From positions 58,357,322 to 58,421,321 of the forward strand of contig NC_068992.1 in assembly GCF_001194135.2 (NCBI RefSeq): a stretch of DNA of 64,000 nt, in the 5' to 3' direction. Position numbers and translations under genes: made by a program. The notes below the pieces were generated by a model that saw nothing but the letters and a program-made list of their open reading frames with translations, was not told the DNA's origin and did not search any database. The DNA comes from Octopus bimaculoides (taxonomy: Eukaryota). Shown here piece by piece: positions 1 to 11,830 of this stretch (positions are counted from its first letter, which is position 1; each line of letters begins with the position of its first letter).

Positions 1-1067
1 GTAGGAGAGACTTAGGGATACATGAAGAGTGTGATGGTTAGATAATATCCAGAGTCTCAGTTGGTCACGCATGAGAATTCAACCAGAAAGTCTAATGACG
101 GTTGCTTCTGATAGGACTTTAGGGAGGAGGTGCCTTAGAACTCTACCCTATGACCATCCTAAGAATAGCAGGCAGAAAAGATGGCTGGAATGGTCTTGAA
201 AGGATGAAAAGCAAAGTTTACCTCTGTGGGGTTTGATCTCAGAGTGTAGAGACAACTGGAACAAATATTTTAAGGCATTTTATAATGTGCTCCAATGATT
301 CTGCCAATCCACCACCTGTTGATCTTCATAGTTATTGCACTTAAGACAGTCACTTTCTGATCTTCAAGCTATCTAAACCAATTCTTCTGCTTGAAGAGTA
401 AATAGGAGTTTCTCTGAATATTATTCTGATTTCCAAATCTTACAAGAAACTTTAAGCAAAGGTACAAGCTCAACATTTACTTTGTATATCTACTACCAAG
501 CAAACTCAGTGGTGACCACAAATGTTCCACTGTCATCTCAACAAATTTCTTCCTAAGTACCTATCACATTCATTCCTGCATCATTGTACACGCACACACA
601 CACATATATATAAAACAATATTGTTATTTACTCTTTGAGGGTTACAACATATCTATTTGATAAACATGCCTTGGGTAGGCAAACAATTCTTTTGATAATT
701 GACTGAAGTACCATCAATCATTTTTTGGTTAATCAAAAGACGTAACCTTTACACTGCTATTCAAACATTTTGCTAGCCAGCTTCTTGCATGAAGTGCTAT
801 TGAGGTGATCACCTGGATTTTACATGTTTCCTCAATTTTATATATTACTGATGCTCTGTTAATATGAATGTTGTCAGCTCTATGTTAAGCAAGTATCTTT
901 TTGTAGAATTTATTTCTTTTATTTGTTTCGGCCATATAGCAGCAGTCATGCTGGAGCACCCACTTTGGTTTTGTACCTTTGCCACATCTTTGTTGTTTGG
1001 CTAATTTCTTCAGAGCGGTGGATGATGTCATATCACCACAACTACATGTGCTTTTTATCTTGGTTGT

Positions 1068-1620
1068 TGGCCTATTTGGTGTATGAGGGAATTTGACACT
1101 GCTGTCCTCATCAGTACCAGATAAGCCAATAGCTCCTCTGGTATAGAGGACTGAAGAATATCCAGTTACTTTTACAAAAACATCTACATCCACATTGAGG
1201 AGGTTTAATTATTTTGACAGACAATTAAAGAGCTGCAGGCTTTTGAACCCTAAACTACTGCAGTATTTGGTCCTGACATTAAGTGGGGTGCAAGGTACCC
1301 TTGGTACAATGCAATGGTATCCAGCTTCAGTATTTGTATAACACTCGATGCCAAAATTAGGTACTAGCCCTTCCAGAATTTTCTATATGTAAATTATTAC
1401 ATATTTCTTGCATCTTTGCTTCAGGGAGCAAAGTCATAGTTTTTTCAGCTTCTCCCAGTGGTTCATCTGCCGCACTGACACAATATTTTTAGTGTAGTAA
1501 CATTGAATCGCTTCAAGCTCAGAGCTTAGCTTGGCACTATGCGGTGACCATAGCTGAAAGTAGTGATCCAGGTGGCAGAACAAAGGTCATTTTGTATTAA
1601 TTTTCAAATTTTTTGGATAT
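1068..1620 (-). mobile_element. CR1/L2-group LINE, decayed 3' end of ORF2
   Basis: Minus-strand translation across stops and frameshifts: HLDHYFQLWSPHSAKLSSELEAIQ...WEKLKKL...IYI*KILEGLVPNF...LQLFNCL...DVDVFVK...AVSNSLIHQ. This matches the post-RT C-terminus of CR1/L2-type LINEs. ORF 885..1193 partly overlaps the relic. Confidence 0.75.
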
Positions 1621-1737
1621 TTGCTATTCAAAGACACACAGCAATGCTAACAGACACACACACATGCACACTTGGCAACATCCAAATAACAAAGATGAGA
1701 AGAAAATAAGTTGCAGGATGAAAGTCAGTCAAGGTTC

Positions 1738-1740
<3 letters not shown>

Positions 1741-1797
<57 letters not shown>

Positions 1798-2102
1798 NNN
1801 NNNNNNNNNNNNNNNNNNNNNNNNNNNNNNNNNNNNNNNNNNNNNNNNNNNNNNNNNNNNNNNNNNNNNNNNNNNNNNNNNNNNNNNNNNNNNNNNNNNN
1901 NNNNNNNNNNNNNNNNNNNNNNNNNNNNNNNNNNNNNNNNNNNNNNNNNNNNNNNNNNNNNNNNNNNNNNNNNNNNNNNNNNNNNNNNNNNNNNNNNNNN
2001 NNNNNNNNNNNNNNNNNNNNNNNNNNNNNNNNNNNNNNNNNNNNNNNNNNNNNNNNNNNNNNNNNNNNNNNNNNNNNNNNNNNNNNNNNNNNNNNNNNNN
2101 NN
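1741..2102. repeat. (TG)n microsatellite followed by assembly gap (N 1798-2102)
   Basis: Direct reading. Confidence 0.95.
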
Positions 2103-2219
2103 CGTGGAGCTTTAGGTGTTTTCGCTCAATAAACACTTACAACGCCCGATCTGGGAATTGAAACCGCGATCCTATGACCGCGAGTCCGCTGCCCTAACCA
2201 CTGGGCCATTGCGCCTCCA
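2103..2219 (-). mobile_element. tRNA-headed SINE (octopus OR-like), 5' head; remainder lost in gap
   Basis: Near-exact reverse complement of the head of the SINE at 7537-7894 (TGGAGGCGCAATGGCCCAGTGGTTAGGGCAGCGGACTCGCGGTCATAGGATCGCGGTTTC), with tRNA-like A and B boxes. Confidence 0.85.
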
Positions 2220-3094
2220 GGTGTGTGTGTAGGCACACGATAAAAAAAAAAAAAAAATTTCACAAAGCCAGCAAAGTAATCAGTAATTAAAGGAGTAATT
2301 ATCATAAAGAAGTGAACTGTAACCAGTGTGTATGATTCTTTCTCTATGTCTTCACACTGACATCAACTGAATAGTAGTGATATTGATATCTCATGTAAAA
2401 ATATATCCTTGTAGCTTGGTGATTTCAGTATGGGAAAATGACAATAAAAAATGACTTACTTGAAAAATAACATGAAAGAAAAATACAGCTCATAAAAAGT
2501 ATTAGTAAATATTTATACGAAGATATTGATCAGTAAGATAAACAATCTATCTATCTATCTATCTATCCATCCTTAAGATATCTTGCTGATGTTTTTATCA
2601 ATATAATGATTTGTAGTACAATCCATAAAACTTCATAATGTGCAAGAAAACTGACTTCATTTGTGACTTAACATGATTTTTTCCTCAGTGACCTTAATAA
2701 TGTTGCACAAAGCAAGGTGGGTGAAATGAGGTCAGCTGCTTGGAGTGAAATTGGGAGGGAGTACAACATCTCAAGTTCATACTGATTGGCCTCAGTGTTT
2801 GCTTTCAATAGAGTGTCATCTTACCAAAATCCAAAAGAAAGATTGGAAATGAAAAGGGGTGGGATGGGGGTAGGGCAGTTTGAGAATGTTTATGCCATTT
2901 CCATATTCATTTATTTGTAGCTTTAAATGACGTTTGAAATGGATCTAAATGAGAAAATGCAAGTCAGACAAAGGCTTGCTTGCAGGCACCTTTAACTATG
3001 CACACATGCATGCACATGCACAAACACACACATATGCATAAGCACACAGACATAGGTATATACATATGTATGTAGTCAATCCAAACAAGAACAC

Positions 3095-3740
3095 GCAAGA
3101 AGAAACAACAACGCGAGGACGTGGAGTAAGTACAGTGTTACTGGACGCTCAAGAAAGAAAAGAAAAGAAAGAGGATTAACGTTTCAAGCGGAGCTCTTCA
3201 TCAGAAATATAGAAAAAGTCCAAAGAAGGGAAGACGGGGAAAGAAAATCGCCAACGATACACACGCGTTCACATGTTGAAATGACTGGAAGGGAATGGGT
3301 GAAGAAAAAGTTCTTTCTAAGACAGAAGAGTGCAAGAGAAGGAGGTATGTGTAGGTATGTGCGAGCACGCAGGTGTGTGTGTGTGTGTGTGTGTGGTTGT
3401 GGCTGTTTATGTATGTGAGTGGTTGGACTAGTGTCACTGAAGGTCATAGGAAGAATTTATAGTAAGAATTTTGGTAGGAGTGGCTGTCTGTTGTGTGTCT
3501 CCCGACACATGGTGTAGGAAAATGGTCAGTAGAAAGTGTTTAACTGGTATGTGTGTGTGCATGTATGTGTGTTTTGTGTGCAGTGTGTGTATTTGTATGT
3601 ATGTACGTGTGGGTATGTGTGTATGTGTGTATGTGTTAGGTTGTGTCTGTGGAGTAAATGTAAGTTACTCTCTGTGTGTGTGCGTATGTGTGCTTGTATG
3701 TGCGTGATGCGAAAATAAGTTTGTCGTTTTTGCATATGAG
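3095..3740 (-). mobile_element. Probable Penelope-like element terminal (pLTR) segment with internal (TG)n tracts
   Basis: Carries a minimal hammerhead motif (next feature). It is CpG-richer than its flanks and has the purine/TG-rich layout typical of Penelope termini. Boundaries are approximate. Confidence 0.5.
3170..3212 (-). ncRNA. Minimal type-I hammerhead ribozyme-like motif
   Basis: Minus strand reads TTT-CTGATGA-A-GAGC-TCC-GCTT-GAAAC-GTT-AA: CUGAUGA and GAAA core boxes, a 4-bp stem II (one G:U), and a palindromic ACGU stem III as in Penelope-associated minimal hammerheads. Stem I pairing is poor. Confidence 0.55.
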
Positions 3741-4314
3741 CAGAAGTGTAAAAAAAAAGAATTTATTCAGATTCAATAAATTGGTTTCAAACTTTCATGA
3801 TTTTGAATGCATGACATGGAAGGATTTGAAGCTATGCTGAATTTGTCTTGAATGTAATTAGAGTTTGAAAATTACTCCTTTTTAAGCAGAAATTATGGCT
3901 AAAATTGTCATCAGCAGAGCTACAGTTTGGTTGATTGAAGTTGATAACGAAGTCAGAATGAATGAATGAAAACTTGCATCAATAAGTTAAGGTTGTATTT
4001 CTCCAGGGAATGTCCCTGAGACTGCCTGGACCACATGACAGCAGCAACAACAACTGCACCAAAATGCAAGATTGTTACTCCATGAATGTGTGATGAGAAA
4101 ATATGAACAAGTTGTCAGAATAACTAAAAATAGAGAAACAAGATTACTTGCTTGTATACAAGTGACAATAAGTTATATATCTGATTGCCTATGTGTTTGA
4201 GAACATGAACTACAGCAGTGTAAATAATCTGCTCGATATGTTCCTATAGTTTATTCAGTTGTGGTTTGTATTTTCAAATAAGCATATTTCTTTTTTTTTT
4301 ATATTTTTTACTTC

Positions 4315-4530
4315 TTAAGCATTTAAACTGGCCATATCCAGTCCAAATATCCTACCTGTTTATGCTCAAACTGGTCAGATCCAGCTTCTCAAACCTATCT
4401 GACAATGTTGTTTTTAAAGTAAACAATCACACCATCAAAATCTCGAAGCTATGAGGTAATGCATAATTAATTCAAAACAATGTGAATAAATAAGCATTTC
4501 ATTGGATAGAATAATTTGTATTCTAAAGGG
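4315..4530 (+). mobile_element. piggyBac-type (TTAA) MITE, family with CCCTTTAGCATT termini; left end eroded
   Basis: Ends ...TTCTAAAGGG|TTAA. Homologous throughout to 43847-44071 and, inverted, to 26177-26397. Confidence 0.65.
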
Positions 4531-5543
4531 TTAAGTCATTGGATTGTAGCCATGCTAGGGCACTGCTTTGAAGGGTTTAGTCGAACAAATTGATCCTTAG
4601 TACTTATTTTAAAACCTTATTCTGTTGCTCTCTTTTGCCGAACTACTAAGGCTCGGTCGACAAAAGAAGTGCTAGTCTGTCTTGTCTTCTCACCTTGCAG
4701 TTGTCTTCACTTTGCCATAGTCACAGATAGAAGAAAACTTTCCATTCAAAAGAAAACAGGACAATTTTCACAGGGGTCATAGCTGATAGCTGATTCCACC
4801 CTACACTTGGCAACAAAAAATCAACAATCAATAATCAAATACTGAACAGTAAAAGTCTGCATAATGGTTTCATTGGTGACACACTGCTGCCACGTTTTTA
4901 TCCCTGACTGGATCTTTTCTTTGTCAAAATATATTTTTGATGGGATATAATGTTCATGAAATCACCTTGAAAGTTACTAACATTTATGCTCACTAAAGTT
5001 TGTTTGTATTTGTGTGTGTGTGTGTGTGTTATTGCTTACTTTTCTTATCTATAAATGTTTGAATCAGTACTATCCCAGTTTCTTGTCATGAAGTAATTTA
5101 TTTTGTCCTGTGTTTTTAGCTTTTTTTTTTTTAAATTTATATTTGTTTCCTGTATGGTTGAATTTATTTTCACAATTTTTCTTTAAAGAGCATTACTTCT
5201 TGTAGATATTTTATAAATATAAATGTGCACAAATATTGAGTTTCTATCAAGCCTTTCCTCACAACTCCTCTTCGAACACTCAATCTTCCATCATTCTTCT
5301 GCAGTACTTTGTTTCCTTCCTTCAGTTCTCCACTGTCCTGGGGGCCGATTTGCTCGACTAAAGGTGGTGCACCAGCATGGCCACAGTCAAATGACTGAAA
5401 CAAGTAAATGAATAAAAGAAAGAATATAGGCATAAGGCCTGGAATTTGCAGTGGGGTTATAACTGATTATATTGACCCCAGTGCTTGACTGGTTCTCATT
5501 TTATTGACCTCAAAAGGATGAAAGCAAAGTCGATCCCGGCGGA

Positions 5544-5597
<54 letters not shown>

Positions 5598-6565
5598 TGG
5601 AACATTGTTGACATTCTGGAAACTGATAGCAACATTTTCAAGCTCAATCAATTTCTTCTACAGACAGTCCCTCTTTCTCTCTCTCTCTCTGTCACACACA
5701 CACACACACACAAACACATATACCCACAGACAGGTACATAAACACATACTTGTACAAGTAGATAAACACACACACATATATATATATATATATACATACA
5801 TATATAGATACACACATACACAAACTCACATGGATATACATACAACTGACATGCACACAAACACACATATATGCACATACACTCAAACATGTACACACAG
5901 AGAATACAACCTAAAACCAAAAATCACAACACATCGTAATAAAAAAGAAAAACCATCTGAACAAACCTACAAAGATAAATAAAAAAGGTAAGAAAATAAA
6001 AATATGTCGCTGAATCCTTAATGAAAGCAATATCGAAGGGAAATACTCAGATCAAAAGGAAGCAACAACTACTTTTTATGCCCAAACCAAGAAATCCTCA
6101 CACACACACACACAAATTCCAAAAACAGCAATGCTTTTATGAACAAAACATACAGCTTACTTCCAATGGAAGCAGATAACAGCATTTCTTCTAAAAGAAC
6201 AAGTGAAGTTATCTCACCACCCTACCAAAAAAAAAAAAAAAGAAATAACAAATTAACTAGAAATAGATATATCCAGAATGTAGTGATCGAAAACAGAAAT
6301 AAAATGTCAAATAATAGGTTTGCTTAGCATGTAAAAAAGAAAGAAATAAAGACCCAGCCAGACAAATATGTATAATCAAAATATCAGGCCTTGTACAACA
6401 CACACACATATAATCAATACATGAATTATACTGCTGTGTACAACATGTTACATATTGTTCAATACCTAATACAGATACATACATACGGCATATGAGATTG
6501 TTGCTCAGTTGAGCAATAAAATTACAGAATAAATAGAAAAGCTGTTGTAATATCAATAATATTTC

Positions 6566-6765
6566 AAGGCGGTGAGCTGGCAGAAACGTTAGCACGCCGG
6601 GTGAAATGTTTAGCGGTATTTCATCTGTCTTTACGTTCTGAGGTCAACTCTACCTTTCATCCTTTTGGGGGTCGATAAATTAAGTACCAGTTGTGTACCA
6701 GGGTCGATCTAATCGACTGGCTCCCTCCACAAAAATTTCAGGCCTTGTGCCTAGAGTAGAAAAAA
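6566..6765 (+). mobile_element. SINE family A (AAGGCGGCGAGCTGGCAGAA head, CCTTTCATCC...GTCGATAAATTAAGTACCAG core), representative copy
   Basis: Dozens of related copies in the window on both strands, e.g. 6785-6990, 11050-11235, 21575-22045, 42770-43835, 45775-45985, 47397-47585, 48225-48690, 56470-56900. Almost always flanked by (TAA)n. Confidence 0.85.
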
Positions 6766-7536
6766 ATATCACTAATAATTCTTTCTAATTTTAGCACAAA
6801 GCCAGCATTTTTTTCTTCTAAGGAGATGTAGCAAATGAATTGCATAAACCTCAGAGCTTAACTGGTACTTAATTTTATCAACCCCCGCAAAGATGAAAGG
6901 CAAGGTTGGTCTCAGTGGAATTTGAACTCAGAATGCAAGGAACAACAAGAAAAACTGTTAAGCTTCTTGTCTGGCATGCTAACAATTCTAAAAGAAATTA
7001 TTTCTGACACGTATAGATCTTCCATGAAATTACCTTGGGGAATTATGTAGCTAATGTTTCAAACAGAATCCTTCATTAGACCAAAAAATGACAAGAGAGA
7101 AATAAAAGAAAGGCAAAAGAATTTTACATCCTCTATATGTAAGATACTGGCTGCATATACATGCATGCATACACATACACACGTATATATTATTTGTAAA
7201 GAAATATATGAAGAGTCTGATATTCATTTTTGCAAAGAATGCCAAAAACATGTAGTATCATGAAACTATGGATGTGATTATTGTGTAACTATTGTGATAG
7301 CCACACATGAATATTGTTTCATTACTATATTGCTTGTGTCGACTTAACTATTGGATGTTGTTATACACTGCTGTTCACAATGCACTTCCAGTTCTTTCTC
7401 AACTGCATTCTTCTTTTCCATCTTGGTTCAGATTATTTAACTAAATCATATTTCCATAATTGTGAAGGCCTTCCAAGTGGCCATTTTCCTATCACTTAGA
7501 TACTACTCAGCAAATGCACAGCTCTACTTCTTGCCT

Positions 7537-7894
7537 ATGTGGAGGCGCAATGGCCCAGTGGTTAGGGCAGCGGACTCGCGGTCATAGGATCGCGGTTTCG
7601 ATTCCCAGACCAGGCGTTGTGAGTGTTTATTGAGCGAAAACACCTAAAGCTCCACGAGGCTCCGGCAGGGGGAGGTGGCGAACCCTGCTGTACTCTTCCA
7701 CCACAACTTTCTCTCACTCTTACTTCCTGTTTCTGTTGTGCCTGTGTCACGCTGAATATCCCCGAGAACTACGTTAAGGGTACATGTGTCTGTGGAGTGC
7801 TCAGCCACTTGCACGTTAATTTCAAGAGCAAGCTGTTCCGTTGATCGGATCAACTGGAACCCTCGACGTCGTAAGTGATGGAGTGCCAATAACA
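7537..7894 (+). mobile_element. Full-length tRNA-headed SINE (octopus OR-like) with 11-bp target-site duplication
   Basis: tRNA-like head with A and B boxes. TSD ACTTCTTGCCT at 7526-7536 and 7895-7905. CpGs are retained, so the copy is young. Confidence 0.9.
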
Positions 7895-7914
7895 ACTTCT
7901 TGCCTGTAAACCTT

Positions 7915-8110
7915 GCAACACGTCCACCCAAGTAGAACTTGTGCCTTCAGTATTCTGCAGTCACGTCATTCACTCTGCCTGATCCTCGAATCACCTCATT
8001 TTGGATACGTTCTTGTAGCAATTTTCCTAGTATGGATCTTTCCATGGCCTTCAGCATTGCAGCCAATCAATGTTCTTTCCTCTCCATAGTAGCCTATGTC
8101 TTACTTGTAT
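7915..8110 (-). mobile_element. RTE-clade LINE relic (post-RT C-terminal block)
   Basis: Minus translation ATMERKEH*LAAMLKAMERSILGKLLQERIQNEVIR matches the RTE motif RAMERxMLGxxLxDRIRNExIR. Confidence 0.65.
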
Positions 8111-8944
8111 ATAAGAGTGCAGGTAGGATGATGTCATACAGCATGAAAAATCACAGTCTTGACAAAAATATTCTAAATACAAACTATAAGTGTTGTGTAT
8201 TACTCCTCTATATAACACATACAGATCCACTATGTGCAACAGAGAACTTCTATGCTAAGCTTTGAATATGGGCGAAGGAATGGGAAAAATTTAGATGACC
8301 TTATTTCAAGACTAAATGCCTTGTTACCCATTTGTTATGTATATGTTTTTATACAGTGTGTATTGTTCTTTATTGAGATATTAACGGTTGCTGATATCCT
8401 ATATGCTCTATTTGCTGAAATTATATCCATTAAAAAAAAACAAAAAAAACTATTAGTTTTCTTTGTTGAAACTTGCGTAATACCAATTCAAACATTTAAA
8501 ATATGTAATCAATCAAGCAAAGGATCTCAGCAAAGTATACAAATATACATAAGCTCATATGTAAGTACACAAACAAGCACAAATTACAAAAAAACATGGC
8601 CGTGTTATTGTTATAAATATAATAGGATGAAAGAGATATACATCTAGAAAGGAAATTTCTCTAAGACAACTAAATACACATGTCTGGGTCAATTACCAGT
8701 AGGACAGAGAGATGTGATCAGATAAAATAGATACAAATACAACTAGCTAGAGAACTGCATTGGACTAAATGGACACCACAGTTATTAATCAAGGAAGGGT
8801 CAGAAATGGTGATTACTGGTAGTTGAATGTCAGCTGAAGAACTGAGCCACAAATATGATCAATGATTGGATGTGAGCAACCAAAAGAAACCATATATATG
8901 CATGTGCATGTGTTTGTGTGTGTGTGTGTGTGTATACACACACT

Positions 8945-9300
8945 TGGCTCTGGGTTCAATCACACTGTGTGGCACCTTGGGCAAGTGTTTTCTACTGTAG
9001 TCTTGGGCTGACAAAGCCTTATGAGTGGATTTGGTAGATGGAAACTGAAGGAAGCCCATTGTATTTGTGTGTGTGTGTGTGTATGTGAGTCAGTGTCTGT
9101 ATCCCCTCCACCATTTGGTAATTGGTGATTGTATGTATGTTAACATCCCTATAACTTAGTGGTTCAGCAAAAGAGACTGATAGAATAAGTATTAGGTTTC
9201 AAAAAAGTAAGTCCTAGGACCGATTTGTTCAACTAAAAAAAAACTCTTCAAAGCAGTGCCCCAGCATGTCCACAGTCAAATTACTGAAACAAGTAAAACA
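8945..9300 (+). mobile_element. SINE family B (tRNA head, GGCACCTTGGGCAAGT box, internal (TG)n, GACTGAAACAAGTAAA tail)
   Basis: Shared with many copies, e.g. 26630-26780, 31440-31820, 44775-45200, 52340-52675, 57012-57390, 61100-61185. Confidence 0.8.
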
Positions 9301-9529
9301 CACAAACATACATACATACATACATACATACATACATACATACATACATACATACATACATTCTTTTCCCAGATATTCTCAAACTTATATAAATGTGTGG
9401 TAGCTATTTAGTAAGATACTTATGCTTGTCCCTGGCAAAAAAAATCACCTCTACACCCTCTCAAATATCACCTACCCTACCACCACTTAGTTGAACAAGT
9501 CTTTCCCTTTTGTCCCGTTTTCTCTTGTC

Positions 9530-9730
9530 CTTTCCTGTCTTGCAAGTTACTTGGCAACCCCACAAGTGCCATCGGTATGGAAAAAGCACCCAGTACAGAC
9601 TGCATTAGGAAGGGCATCAAGCTGTAGAAACCACTCCAACAACGACATGCAGCCTGATGCAGTGTTGTGGTTCACTGAATCCTGTCAAACTGTCCAACCC
9701 ATGCCAGCATGGAAAACGGACATTAAGTTA
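9530..9730 (+). mobile_element. RTE-type 3' tail fragment (GGAAGGGCATC...CCAACCCATGCCAGCATGGAAAACGGAC)
   Basis: Same tail as the RTE copies at 38155 and 39232 and the tails near 42410, 50760, 55190, 58580 and 60660. Confidence 0.7.
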
Positions 9731-9752
9731 CAGTCTTTCTCACAGTCCATCA

Positions 9753-10135
9753 ATGATGGATGCAGCTTCAACTGGTAGCAGAGGAGGTTTTAGAGGCAGT
9801 TTCAGTGGTAGAGGTCATTGTTGTGGACATGGTCAAGGATGTGGAAGAGGCTACAAAAGAGGTCATGGTGCTAAACATGCTGACAAAGAATTGGTTCCTG
9901 TATATCTGAATTAAGGTTGTTTGGGGGATGTCAGCAAAAGCAAGACCCAATCATCCAATCATGGAGGCAGAAACCATCCGTAAGAGTTGAGCTCAGGAAA
10001 AAAAAAATCAATGAAGTTTTGAAGATAATGTCTACACAGAAACAAACTCAGGATGGTAAAAGAACATAATTTAAGGCATTTACTGCCATTGGTGATCATG
10101 ATGATCATGTAGGTTTGGGTGTGAAATGTTCCAAG
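9753..10135 (+). pseudogene. RPS2: 40S ribosomal protein S2 (uS5) pseudogene, intronless, N-terminal half
   Basis: Across frameshifts: MMDAASTGSRGGFRGSFSGRGH...GAKHADKELVPV..LGCL..D..KSK..HPIMEAETI...[41 protein letters not shown]. Collinear with RPS2 (RGG-rich N-terminus, DKEWxPVTKLGRLVKD, [51 protein letters not shown]). Contains stops and frameshifts. Confidence 0.92.
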
Positions 10136-10589
10136 TATGTGTGTATGTTTGTATGTATGTGTATATAAACACATCCTACATGTAGACATAAGATATATGA
10201 ATGCAAATACGAAGCAACAAAGTCAGTAAAGAAATTTTTTGTCAATAATCTGAACTGAACATAACAGGAAAGAAATATGGTTCTTATACTAAAATATCAA
10301 TATTAGTAAACATGACTTACAATGTTAATAGATGTAGTGGTGATGGTGTTAGTAGCAGACTTTGTATTAGTAGTAGTAGTAGCAGCAACAATAGTATCTC
10401 AACCACATGCTTCATTTGTAAAAGCCTCTCATTGCAAGTCACATAAAAAAAGTTTCTAGCTCAACACAAAAATGGCTGTAAGGGATATAAATTAATGAGA
10501 CCGTTCACCAAAGGTAGCTTCATTCCATTCTACACTTAGCCAGTGCATCTCTAATAATAATAATGATAATAATAATAATTGCCCTGATG

Positions 10590-11030
10590 CAGTACCAGGT
10601 GCTGGCTTTGCCCTGATGCCATATTAGGAACTGACTCTCATGGCTTCTGACCTTAACTAATTGGAAGTGTTATCCTGTACATTGTTTTGTCTTGGTATAA
10701 AAGATGTGCTACAGCAAATATTCTGTTTAATACCACAGATTAGTTGTTTGATCTTAACCAGTTGAGCATGTCCATTGGTGGCTGACAATATGTGCATCTC
10801 TGATCACAAGCAGAAGTAGTGGGGGTGCATCATAGCCATGTGCTGAGAGGAATTCTTTGGCGTTTGAATAATTCACCTCTGGAAACACGGATGCTTCATT
10901 CAACATCCTTAAACAACCCTTATTCAAGGACCATTTGAGCAGGATGGGCTACTCCATCTTAAGAAAATTCTAACTGGGCCCCCACCTGCAAGGTCATGAA
11001 CTGTTTATCCTGATGAGATCACCAATAATA
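10590..11030. mobile_element. Unclassified interspersed repeat inserted in (TAA)n
   Basis: Shares GAAAATTCTAAC...CCAC(C/T)TGCAAGGTCATG with 12955-13140. Both copies are flanked by (TAA)n. Confidence 0.55.
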
Positions 11031-11236
11031 ATGATAATAATAATGATGATGCTTTCTAATATTGATACAAGGCCTGAAGTTTTGTGGTAGGTTACTCAAT
11101 TAAATTGTCAATAGTACTCAGTTGGTACTTATCTTATCAATCCTGAAAAGATGAAAGGCAAAGCCAACTTGAGCAGTATTTGAACTCAGAACATAAGGAG
11201 CTGGAGCAAAATGCCACCAAGCATTTTGTCTGATAT

Positions 11237-11830
11237 AGGGACATTGACTCCTACTTCAGAGTCGAGTAAAGACATCGACCCCTGTGTCACAGTTGAGAAA
11301 GGGCATCAACCACTATGTCACAGTCATGAAAGGACATCGACCCCTACGTCACAGTTGAGTAATGGCACCAACTCCTACGACTGAGTAAGGACATCATCTC
11401 CTATGTCATAGTTGAATAAGGACATTGACTCCTATGTCACAGCTGAGTAGGGACATTGACTCCTATGTCACAGCTCTGAGTAGGGACATTGACTCCTATG
11501 TCACAGCTGAGTAGGGACATTGACTCCTATGTCACAGCTGAGCAAGGACATTGACTCTTACTTCAAAGCTGAATAAGGAAATTGACTCTTCCGAGTCAAG
11601 TAAAGAAATTGATTCTGTCCAGTTGAGGAAGGAAATCAACTCTTTCCAGGTGGGGAAGGAAATTGATTCCTCAGTTGAGTAAGGACATTGACTCTTACTT
11701 CACAGTTGAGCAAGGGCATAAATCCTTCACAGCAGTGTAAGGGCCGTGACTCTTCAGTTGAATAGTGATATTAACTACTACTTTACAGTTGAGAAAGGTC
11801 ATTGACTCTTACTTCACAATTGAGTAGAAT
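11237..11830. repeat. 31-bp minisatellite (GGACATTGACTCCTATGTCACAGCTGAGTAG), about 19 copies
   Basis: Near-identical units at about 11420-11550, degenerating on both sides. Confidence 0.9.

Noticed and set aside
1090-1120. Second hammerhead candidate (minus CTGATGAGGACAGCAGTGTCAAA)
   Set aside because: It lacks the GAAA box and lies inside the CR1/L2 coding relic.
885-1193. 102-aa ORF as a host gene
   Set aside because: It is an off-frame read of the CR1/L2 LINE end running into a SINE-B fragment.
1613-2161. Long ORFs spanning N-runs (also 15502-16167, 29467-30222, 39313-40659, 20748-21000, 22226-22478)
   Set aside because: They are open only because N-gaps contain no stop codons.
4690-4800. 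Minus-strand donor AAG|GTGAGA near 4695
   Set aside because: No acceptor yields an open frame up to this donor.
7541-7615. Possible tRNA gene
   Set aside because: No acceptor-stem closure, and it continues into a SINE body bounded by an 11-bp TSD.
11237-11830. Possible CRISPR-like array
   Set aside because: Units are contiguous with no unique spacers, there are no cas genes, and the context is eukaryotic.
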